Of a DNA stretch of 64,000 nucleotides, positions 18,271-25,864 are shown piece by piece. Every line of letters begins with the position of its first letter. Within the stretch, counting starts at the first letter, position 1. The stretch spans positions 248,001 to 312,000 of the IMG/VR virus record IMGVR_UViG_3300024262_006558. The stretch is one strand, 5' to 3'. A model generated the notes under the pieces. That model worked only from the letters and a program-made list of their open reading frames with translations. It did not search any database and was not told the origin of the DNA. Made by a program: the position numbers and the translations under genes.

Positions 18271-19095
18271 ATGAAAACATTAATTCAATTCAGAAAAACA
18301 AGAAAGGTAATTTCCCCAAGAGAATTAGAGAATATACTTGGCTTGAATGTTATCGATGAGGCAAACAAAGGAGTAAATGAGATCCTATTGTATGCAGGAA
18401 GATACTATATATTCATAACCGAAAACGGAGAATACTATACAGAGTTTTCTAATTGCTCACACTTACATCCTACTTTGGAAAGAGTAGAAGAAGCGTTGTG
18501 GGATGACTTTGCGAAATGGGAAGAAATAGATATTGATGAGATCGAAGAAGAGCTACACCAAAGAGCACGGGATCTTCTAGATAATACTGAGTTCCCTGCG
18601 CTGAGCTTGGATGAGGCAATCGCTGAAGGATTGACTAATCCATTCCATCACCAGCAAGCTTATTATCTTATGGATAAATTTGAACACCTTGCTAATGCAA
18701 TTGAGCCAGATGTAAAAAAAGAGTTCTCACCAGAAGAAGTGATACAATTTTCAAAAAATATGTCCCAACTTCTGTATGAAATGTACATAGAAAGTGAGTC
18801 CTCTAAAACGATACAATTCGAGTTCGATGAATTCTTAGAGCCAATCCCTGTAGAGTTTGTTGAAAAGACGTTGGATGACCCAATTTACATGGCTGCAATG
18901 AAAGCTGTAGTGTTTTATGAGCTGCTGTCAAATTTGAAAGATCCTGAAACTCAAAAGTTCTATACGGACAAAGAGGGAGCGTTAGCGTATAGGCCTGAAC
19001 TGAGAGATTATGATGCATCGTTTGATACATACATAAGAGATGTGTATGCTAGAGCATTAAAGTCAGGAGCTGAATCATATCCAGTAGAAAGTTAA
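18271..19095 (+). CDS. hypothetical acidic protein
   Basis: ORF track. Confidence 0.75.
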   Translation: MKTLIQFRKTRKVISPRELENILGLNVIDEANKGVNEILLYAGRYYIFITENGEYYTEFSNCSHLHPTLERVEEALWDDFAKWEEIDIDEIEEELHQRARDLLDNTEFPALSLDEAIAEGLTNPFHHQQAYYLMDKFEHLANAIEPDVKKEFSPEEVIQFSKNMSQLLYEMYIESESSKTIQFEFDEFLEPIPVEFVEKTLDDPIYMAAMKAVVFYELLSNLKDPETQKFYTDKEGALAYRPELRDYDASFDTYIRDVYARALKSGAESYPVES

Positions 19096-19187
19096 AAACA
19101 AAGAAGTACATAATGTCCCCGCCATGGTATATATTGGTGAAAGAAAGTTAAAGTAAAATAAATTGTTAAACAAAACCCAGAAAAATT

Positions 19188-19784
19188 ATGAAAAAGTTAT
19201 TAAGTATTTTATTTGCAATGTTATTATTCATTGCCCTACCTTCCTGCGAAAAAGAAGATGACACAAAACCTTCAAATGATCCTACAGTAACCGATGACGG
19301 AGGAGGAGTAACAACCACCGATCCAACGGTGACAGCCACCGTGCATTTTGTTCTTACCCATGAAGACAGCTGGAACGATCCCAATGCGTTAGGAGATTAC
19401 GGAACACCTTACGCTTACGTGAGCACAGATAGCTCAGCTTTAGAAGCAAGAGTCGCTGATCCTTATCTAAATAATAATGAGATAGTCTCAGTCTTTTCTC
19501 TAATTCAAAAACCCAATAACGATATAAGTCCCTGCGTTTTCACAAGCTCTACCACATATCAAAATACAAGCAATATAAGAGATAGGAAACTTACATCTAA
19601 AATAGGTCAGAAAATACATATAGTAATAGCTACTAGTACTTATCATCCAGAACTAGGCAAATCAATAAAGGTAGTCACACATAGAGGCAGCATTAAGATT
19701 AACAGCTATGGTATAGAGAGTATTAGCACAGAAAAAGGTGTCTTTGTATCTAGTTGCGCTAAAGCTATAGGTATAAAGTATTAA
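19188..19784 (+). CDS. lipoprotein
   Basis: MKKLLSILFAMLLFIALPS-C-EKEDD: signal peptide II with acidic residues after Cys, as in Bacteroidota surface lipoproteins. Confidence 0.75.
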   Translation: MKKLLSILFAMLLFIALPSCEKEDDTKPSNDPTVTDDGGGVTTTDPTVTATVHFVLTHEDSWNDPNALGDYGTPYAYVSTDSSALEARVADPYLNNNEIVSVFSLIQKPNNDISPCVFTSSTTYQNTSNIRDRKLTSKIGQKIHIVIATSTYHPELGKSIKVVTHRGSIKINSYGIESISTEKGVFVSSCAKAIGIKY

Positions 19785-19936
19785 CCACACAAGGAGATGA
19801 TATAGTCTGTAACCCAACAGGGTCCGAAAGCGGAATTCGGGTCTCCACTAAATAAATTTAAAGAAATGTTGCTAAATTGGAAACTTTTATTTTAATTGCA
19901 ACGTATACACAAACGGAAACTAAAACAAAAAAGCTT

Positions 19937-20515
19937 ATGAAAAATTCAACATTAGTAATTGCTGCACAAAATGGATGTCAAAAATCATTATCTAAGTTAT
20001 ACGCTCAATGCTATCCATTGCTAGTTAGAACTGTAAAAAGTAAAATGGGAGGTCGTAGAGACTCTCAACTTGTAGAAGACATAGCACAAGAGTCTATGAT
20101 CAAAGGGTTTCAAAGGATCAATGAATATAAGCCAAGCTTTAGCTTTAATACTTGGTTAGGGAGAATTGCATACAACCTAATGATTGACTTTACACGTAAG
20201 AATTCAAGAACATCGATTACCACTATAGACGGAGATGAGCGTGAAGATGAGAAGTTCTCCCTAACTAGCGTTCTTGCTAGTGAAGACTCTCTCCCTGACA
20301 TGATGATCATTGATGAAGAAACTAAAGCGAGGATCAACGCAATCATTAAGCACACTCTTAGTGAGGATATGCAAGAGGTTATTAAGATGAGATATTTCGA
20401 TGGATTATCTTATGAAGATATGAAGGATGAGCTTGATATCCCAATGGGGACTTTGAAAGCGCAGGTATTCAGAGCTCACAAAGCTTTAAAGAAATCAGCG
20501 CTAGCTGCAATCTAA
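19937..20515 (+). CDS. RNA polymerase ECF sigma-70 factor
   Basis: Region 2 VEDIAQESMIKGFQRINEYKPSFSFNTWLGRIAYNLMIDFTRK; region 4 MRYFDGLSYEDMKDELDIPMGTLKAQVFRA. Confidence 0.92.
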   Translation: MKNSTLVIAAQNGCQKSLSKLYAQCYPLLVRTVKSKMGGRRDSQLVEDIAQESMIKGFQRINEYKPSFSFNTWLGRIAYNLMIDFTRKNSRTSITTIDGDEREDEKFSLTSVLASEDSLPDMMIIDEETKARINAIIKHTLSEDMQEVIKMRYFDGLSYEDMKDELDIPMGTLKAQVFRAHKALKKSALAAI

Positions 20516-20784
20516 TGAATAGAAAAGAAACAAATATCCATATGGAACATTGCACATCAAGAGCATGTAAATATGGAGAGGAAAAAATCTGCCCTGCTGT
20601 GTCAAACAGAAAGGGTGGATCCTTTTCTTTTGAAGCAACTGCACATAAGACGGGAGAAAGCCCCGCTGCAGTATGGACCGATGGGCTAGGTCTTTCTAAT
20701 GACGACCTGCCTCACAAAAGCTATATCCTGATGCCAGGAAAAAGGTATAGAGTAACCGTAGAACAAATTGAAGATGAAGGATAA
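20515..20784 (+). CDS. hypothetical protein
   Basis: ORF track; translationally coupled to the sigma gene. Confidence 0.65.
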   Translation: MNRKETNIHMEHCTSRACKYGEEKICPAVSNRKGGSFSFEATAHKTGESPAAVWTDGLGLSNDDLPHKSYILMPGKRYRVTVEQIEDEG

Positions 20785-21112
20785 GATATTCAAAGTAAAC
20801 GCCGTCCTGGGAGAGAAAGGCTATAAACACTTCGGAATACATCCCTGCACTTGTTCCTTGTATGGTAGCAAAGAAGAAGATATTATAGAATTAGGAGTAG
20901 AAATAGCTGAAGATCAATCTCTCCCTGACAAGGATACTGGCACTGAAGAAGCTGACTACTGGGCCTGGCTGCCTGAAGGAAAAGACGGATTCTCCCTAAT
21001 GGTGTATCCTCAATACTTTCTATTGAACATGTGTTTCCCATATGGAATAAAATCTTCGGAAGAAGCTGGGCATGGAAAAGCATATAGAATTAATATCATA
21101 AAAGAATTGTAA
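20774..21112 (+). CDS. hypothetical protein
   Basis: ORF track. Confidence 0.7.
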   Translation: MKDKIFKVNAVLGEKGYKHFGIHPCTCSLYGSKEEDIIELGVEIAEDQSLPDKDTGTEEADYWAWLPEGKDGFSLMVYPQYFLLNMCFPYGIKSSEEAGHGKAYRINIIKEL

Positions 21113-21200
21113 TTTATTGAAACATATTTCATTTCTTTTCGTTAATATAAATCCAGGGGTTAAGAGCCCAACAATAAGTTCATAAGTTTAGTTTCCATTA

Positions 21201-21234
21201 AAAGCAAGTAACCTTTGTGGTTACTTGCTTTTTT
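21201..21234 (+). terminator. intrinsic terminator
   Basis: AAAGCAAGTAACC-tttgt-GGTTACTTGCTTTTTT. Confidence 0.85.
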
Positions 21235-21270
21235 ATTTCCTTTCTATCCAGTAATGTTTATATTTGTAAT

Positions 21271-21831
21271 ATGGATGTGAAGAAGTTCGAACAATTTTCA
21301 GACCTTGAATGGCAACGTCACTTCAGAGCTAATGAAGCTTCTGAAGAACTGATAGAAACTTATGCCTGCCAATTTAATGAGACTACCTGGAAAGTTATAT
21401 GCCAATACCAAAAATTAAGCGGAGACTTCATCACTACATTTAAATTTGAGCTTCCTATAAGAGATTTACTACAGCATCAGGTAGTACATCAGAATATCAT
21501 TGAAAATGATATAAACTTTTTTAAAGATTACATGTATCACATATGTAAACATCAGTATATTACTGAAGACTTTATCATAAGACATGATAATATAGTTAAC
21601 TGGCCAAGCGTATTTAGATACCAAGAACATCTATCTATCGTATTCATTAAGAGGACCTTCTCTAAATATTTTGGCAATAAAGAATTCCTGGACGGAAGCA
21701 GGGCTACTCAATACTTTTCTAGCCCCGTAGCTCTTAGGTGGCGTAAGAAATTGTCAGAAATAGTGTCACAGCACAACATTAAAACTTCTATAGTCCGCCA
21801 GGCTAGACATAGAATGTCATCCCATAAATAA
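21271..21831 (+). CDS. tryptophan-repeat family protein
   Basis: Repeats such as YQKLSGDFITTFK and HQYITEDFIIRHDNIVNW. Confidence 0.7.
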   Translation: MDVKKFEQFSDLEWQRHFRANEASEELIETYACQFNETTWKVICQYQKLSGDFITTFKFELPIRDLLQHQVVHQNIIENDINFFKDYMYHICKHQYITEDFIIRHDNIVNWPSVFRYQEHLSIVFIKRTFSKYFGNKEFLDGSRATQYFSSPVALRWRKKLSEIVSQHNIKTSIVRQARHRMSSHK

Positions 21832-21898
21832 TTTCCTTAATCCAGGAAACAAAATTCATTTTATTTCGTTAATTAAGTATTGAAACTCATTTAATACA

Positions 21899-22219
21899 AT
21901 GACAAAAAAAGAAAAAGAAAACTTAGCATTTATTTTGTTTGAATCTCATCCTGAGATGGCAACTATGAATGTGCTAAATAATTACCCAGACATAAAGAAA
22001 GCCTATAACAAACTAAAGGAACAAAGCAATAAAAAAGAATCCTCTTATGAAGCTGAAACCCAGAAGATGAAAGAAAACTATATGAATATAGGTAAAAAGT
22101 ATTCAGGTAGATTATTCTTTGGAGACTCTATGAGGTTTGATGTAGATGGAGACGGAAAAGAAAAAGCAGATAAAGATTGGCAAAAATTATATGGGACAAA
22201 ATATCCCACAAGCATTTAA
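21899..22219 (+). CDS. hypothetical protein
   Basis: ORF track, after a class II promoter. Confidence 0.7.
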   Translation: MTKKEKENLAFILFESHPEMATMNVLNNYPDIKKAYNKLKEQSNKKESSYEAETQKMKENYMNIGKKYSGRLFFGDSMRFDVDGDGKEKADKDWQKLYGTKYPTSI

Positions 22220-22239
22220 GTAATTGTAGGTTAGCAATA

Positions 22240-22660
22240 AATAAACGCGGAGCATTAAGGAAGGTACAACTTAATGAAAAGCTGAGGTCGGCGAATCAGC
22301 TGTTAACTTACATTTAAGGCTAAACATTGATCCATTGTGGGGCTACTCTTAATTGAGTACTAGTTTTCACATAAAGATACCAGTCGAAATACTGGATGTG
22401 TTGTTCCATGTGAGAAAGGAATGTTAGAGAGGTAACTTCTGGAAACGGACATAACACCTACAACACAAATGAGCAAGTATCCGTGAGGACTCGGACTGCA
22501 ATCCTAGTTAAAGCTAACATGCTTATAGTATGTTACTATACTAGCTTTCGACAGTTTCTCAGCAAGTAGTTGAAGGATAATCGGAGTAAAACTAGAAATA
22601 GATAATAGTCCGACTAAGAATAAACTACGTGACCGTACCAAGTAATGTTGACGGTGCTAA
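22240..22660 (+). ncRNA. large structured ncRNA candidate (GOLLD/ROOL-like)
   Basis: ORF-free ~420 nt with at least 8 stems plus a long-range pseudoknot, CTAGTTTT 22360-22367 / AAAACTAG 22588-22595. Confidence 0.65.
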
Positions 22661-22721
22661 ATAAATATAACTACATTGAAACATTTACTAAATTATTTCG
22701 TTAACTAAAATAAAAAACATT

Positions 22722-23195
22722 ATGACTAAATCAAAAAACTCTACTGAAGTAGCAAAGGCATCTTTAACTTTAACTCAAGCTGATGTGCCTGCTCAAATAG
22801 ACCTGCTGAAAAAACAACTACAAGAAATCCAAGGAGACGGAAAAACAAAAATCTCTACCGATGTCTCCTATAAAGGTAGTAAAATCAACAAAGTCTCTAC
22901 AGTAAAAGAACTGTTAGAAATATCAGCTTCAATACATGCTAGAGCTAAAGCATTTGAAGAAGAAACCGCCAGATATAAAATGGAAGGTAAATTAGATAAA
23001 TTCCAAACAGAAGGACACACTCCAGAACAATGGAAACTTATTATAGAAAAAGCAATCTTTGATAAAGTGAACAGTGTGCAAATAAGTAATATTAAAAAAG
23101 CTATCTCTGAACTAGAAGAATTCCTTAGCGATGAAGCTAAACTACAAAACAAACTGTCGCAAATTGTCAATATGGCTAACCAAAAAATAGCATAA
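22722..23195 (+). CDS. hypothetical coiled-coil protein
   Basis: ORF track, after a class II promoter. Confidence 0.75.
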   Translation: MTKSKNSTEVAKASLTLTQADVPAQIDLLKKQLQEIQGDGKTKISTDVSYKGSKINKVSTVKELLEISASIHARAKAFEEETARYKMEGKLDKFQTEGHTPEQWKLIIEKAIFDKVNSVQISNIKKAISELEEFLSDEAKLQNKLSQIVNMANQKIA

Positions 23196-23241
23196 CATAA
23201 AAGAGCCTTTCAATAGGCTCTTTTTTTTTACTCTCTCTACT

Positions 23242-23448
23242 ATGAAAAAAGAAATCTTGTTTGAACTTAATCGCTTTGGTGATAGAAAATATTATCTTGA
23301 TGATGAACTCCATAGAGAAGATGGCCCAGCCGTTGAATATTCTAATGGAGATAAAGAGTGGCGCCTGAATGGTAAAGAATTAACCGAAGAAGAGTTTAAT
23401 AAGAAGATAACCGAATTGAATGTGTCTAAAATACACGAGCTATGGTAA
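23242..23448 (+). CDS. HREDGPA-repeat protein, array gene 1 (1 unit)
   Basis: 22-aa WxLNGKxHRxDGPA repeat (MORN-variant-like) plus tail ELTEEEFNKKITELNVSKIHELW. Confidence 0.8.
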   Translation: MKKEILFELNRFGDRKYYLDDELHREDGPAVEYSNGDKEWRLNGKELTEEEFNKKITELNVSKIHELW

Positions 23449-23855
23449 AGCAAGAACCTATATGTAAAACAACTGCCTATGGAGATAAGCATTGGTATCT
23501 CAATGGAAAGCAACATCGTGAAGATGGTCCAGCCGTTGAATGGGCTGATGGAACTAAATTCTGGTACCTCAATGGAAAACGCCATAGAGAAGATGGCCCA
23601 GCCGTTGAATATGCATATGGAACTAAAGCTTGGTGGATTAATGGAGAACTACATAGATTAGGAGGACCATCAGTCACTGATGAAGATGGTAAGTTCTGGT
23701 ACCTCAATGGAAAACGCCATAGAGAAGATGGTCCAGCCGTTGAATATAACGATGGAACTAAAGAATGGTTTCTTAATGGTAAAAAATTAACCGAAGAAGA
23801 GTTTAATAAGAAGATAACCGAATTGAATGTGTCTAAAATACATGAGCTATGGTAG
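23442..23855 (+). CDS. HREDGPA-repeat protein, array gene 2 (4 units)
   Basis: Same repeat and tail; 7-nt overlap with gene 1. Confidence 0.85.
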   Translation: MVKQEPICKTTAYGDKHWYLNGKQHREDGPAVEWADGTKFWYLNGKRHREDGPAVEYAYGTKAWWINGELHRLGGPSVTDEDGKFWYLNGKRHREDGPAVEYNDGTKEWFLNGKKLTEEEFNKKITELNVSKIHELW

Positions 23856-24127
23856 AACAGGAACCTATATGTAAAACAACTTCCGATGGAACTAAAAACT
23901 GGTTTCTGAATGGAAAGCATCATCGTGAAGATGGGCCAGCCGTTGAATATACTAATGGAGATAATCACTGGTTCCTTCATGGAAAACGCCATAGAGAAGA
24001 TGGTCCAGCTGTTGAATTAGCAGGTGGATATAAATATTGGTTCCTTCATGGTAAAGAATTAACCGAAGAAGAATTTAATAAGAAGATAACCGAATTGAAT
24101 GTGTCTAAAATACATGAGCTATGGTAG
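23849..24127 (+). CDS. HREDGPA-repeat protein, array gene 3 (2 units)
   Basis: MVEQEPICKTT head, IHELW tail. Confidence 0.85.
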   Translation: MVEQEPICKTTSDGTKNWFLNGKHHREDGPAVEYTNGDNHWFLHGKRHREDGPAVELAGGYKYWFLHGKELTEEEFNKKITELNVSKIHELW

Positions 24128-24399
24128 AACAGGAACCTATATGTAAAACAACTTCCGATGGAGATAAATGTTGGTACCTGAATGGAAAAAGGCATAGAGA
24201 AGATGGTCCAGCTATTGAATATGCCGATGGAGACAAAGAATGGTGCCTGAATGGAAAACGCCATAGAGAAGATGGTCCAGCTGTTGAATTAGCAGGTGGA
24301 TATAAATATTGGTTCCTTCATGGTAAAGAATTAACCAAAAAAGAGTTTAATAAAAAGATCTCCGAATTGAATGTGTCTAAAATACACGAGCTATGGTAG
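24121..24399 (+). CDS. HREDGPA-repeat protein, array gene 4 (2 units)
   Basis: Same head, repeat and tail. Confidence 0.85.
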   Translation: MVEQEPICKTTSDGDKCWYLNGKRHREDGPAIEYADGDKEWCLNGKRHREDGPAVELAGGYKYWFLHGKELTKKEFNKKISELNVSKIHELW

Positions 24400-24671
24400 A
24401 ACAGGAACCTATATGTAAAACAACTGCCGATGGAGATAAGCATTGGTATCTGAATGGAAAGCATCATCGTGAAGATGGTCCAGCTATTGAAAGGGTTAAT
24501 GGATCTAAATACTGGTATCTGAATGGAAAGCATCATCGTGAAGATGGTCCAGCTATTGAATATGCCAATGGAGATAAATACTGGTTTCTCAATGGTAAAG
24601 AATTAACCGAAGAAGAATTTAATAAGAAGATAACCGAATTGAATGTGTCTAAAATACACGAGCTATGGTAG
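24393..24671 (+). CDS. HREDGPA-repeat protein, array gene 5 (2 units)
   Basis: Same head, repeat and tail. Confidence 0.85.
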   Translation: MVEQEPICKTTADGDKHWYLNGKHHREDGPAIERVNGSKYWYLNGKHHREDGPAIEYANGDKYWFLNGKELTEEEFNKKITELNVSKIHELW

Positions 24672-25009
24672 AACAGGAACCTATATGTAGATTATTTCCA
24701 GATGGAACTAAACAATGGTACCTAAATAGAAAGCTTCATCGTGAAGATGGGCCAGCCGTTGAATATACTAATGGAGATAAATGTTGGTTTATTAATGATA
24801 AACTTCATAGATTAGATGGCCCAGCTGTGGAGTCTATTGGAGATAAGCAATGGTGTTTAAATGGAAAAAGACATCGTGAAGATGGCCCAGCTGTTGAATG
24901 TTCTGATGGAGATAAATTTTGGTTTCTTAATGGTAAAAAATTAACCGAAGAAAAATACAATGAAGAGATCGCTAAATTGAATGCATCTAAAATACATGAG
25001 TTATGGTAG
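24665..25009 (+). CDS. HREDGPA-repeat protein, array gene 6 (3 units)
   Basis: Same head, repeat and tail. Confidence 0.85.
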   Translation: MVEQEPICRLFPDGTKQWYLNRKLHREDGPAVEYTNGDKCWFINDKLHRLDGPAVESIGDKQWCLNGKRHREDGPAVECSDGDKFWFLNGKKLTEEKYNEEIAKLNASKIHELW

Positions 25010-25488
25010 AACAAGAACCTATATGTAAAACATGTTCCAATGGAGATAAAGAATGGTATCTCAATGGAAAACTACATAGAGTAGATGAGCCAGCTATTGA
25101 ATCTGCCAATGGACATAAACTATGGTATCTCAATGGAAAGCAACATCGTGAAGATGGTCCAGCTTGTGAATATGCCAATGGAGATAAATCTTGGTACCTG
25201 AATGGAGAAAGGCATAGAGAAGATGGTCCAGCTATTGAATCTGCCAATGGAGATAAATCTTGGTTCCTTCATGGAAAACGCCATAGAGAAGATGGTCCAG
25301 CTATTGAATCTGCCAATGGACATAAACTATGGTATCTCAATGGAAAAAGGCATAGAGTAGATGGTCCAGCCTGTGAATGGAGCAATGGAGACAAAGAATG
25401 GTTCCTTCATGGGAAAGAGTTAAGCGAAGAAGAATTTAATAAGAAGATCTCCGAATTGAATGCATCTAAAATACACGAGCTATGGTAA
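25003..25488 (+). CDS. HREDGPA-repeat protein, array gene 7 (5 units)
   Basis: Same head, repeat and tail. Confidence 0.85.
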   Translation: MVEQEPICKTCSNGDKEWYLNGKLHRVDEPAIESANGHKLWYLNGKQHREDGPACEYANGDKSWYLNGERHREDGPAIESANGDKSWFLHGKRHREDGPAIESANGHKLWYLNGKRHRVDGPACEWSNGDKEWFLHGKELSEEEFNKKISELNASKIHELW

Positions 25489-25567
25489 AAAGCTGAAAAG
25501 TTAACTTTCCTAAAAAGTACATAATTTCCCTGATGTTGTATATATTGGTGAATTTAGAATATAGATT

Positions 25568-25864
25568 ATGAAAAAAAGATATACATTAGCAAAGCAGGCA
25601 AAAGTTGGAGAGACATGCACATGTCCAAGTTGCGGCACTCAGTTCGAGAAAACCAATTACCAACAAGCTTTCTGTAAATCTAAAGGCGGAACTATATGTA
25701 AAGATAAGTATTGGAATACAGTAACTCCAAACAAAAGAAATAACACTACAAGAATTTCGCCAGCGTCAGCAAGATGGATGGCTCAACAAGCCCAGGAAAG
25801 AGAAGACTTTGACCCTTATGACATGGAGCATCCATTTAGCTCGGAAGCTCTGGGACAATGGTAA
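25568..25864 (+). CDS. Cys-rich (zinc-binding) hypothetical protein
   Basis: CTCPSC...C...C; last + strand gene, preceded by a 36-bp repeat. Confidence 0.75.
   Translation: MKKRYTLAKQAKVGETCTCPSCGTQFEKTNYQQAFCKSKGGTICKDKYWNTVTPNKRNNTTRISPASARWMAQQAQEREDFDPYDMEHPFSSEALGQW

Noticed and set aside
19793-19846. Complete group I intron
   Set aside because: Only an S-like segment is present; the upstream space is occupied by an intact lipoprotein gene, leaving no room for P3-P8.
1154-25552. 36-bp repeats as a CRISPR array
   Set aside because: Spacing is from ~185 bp to several kb and filled with whole genes; the repeat has a variable core; no cas genes were seen.
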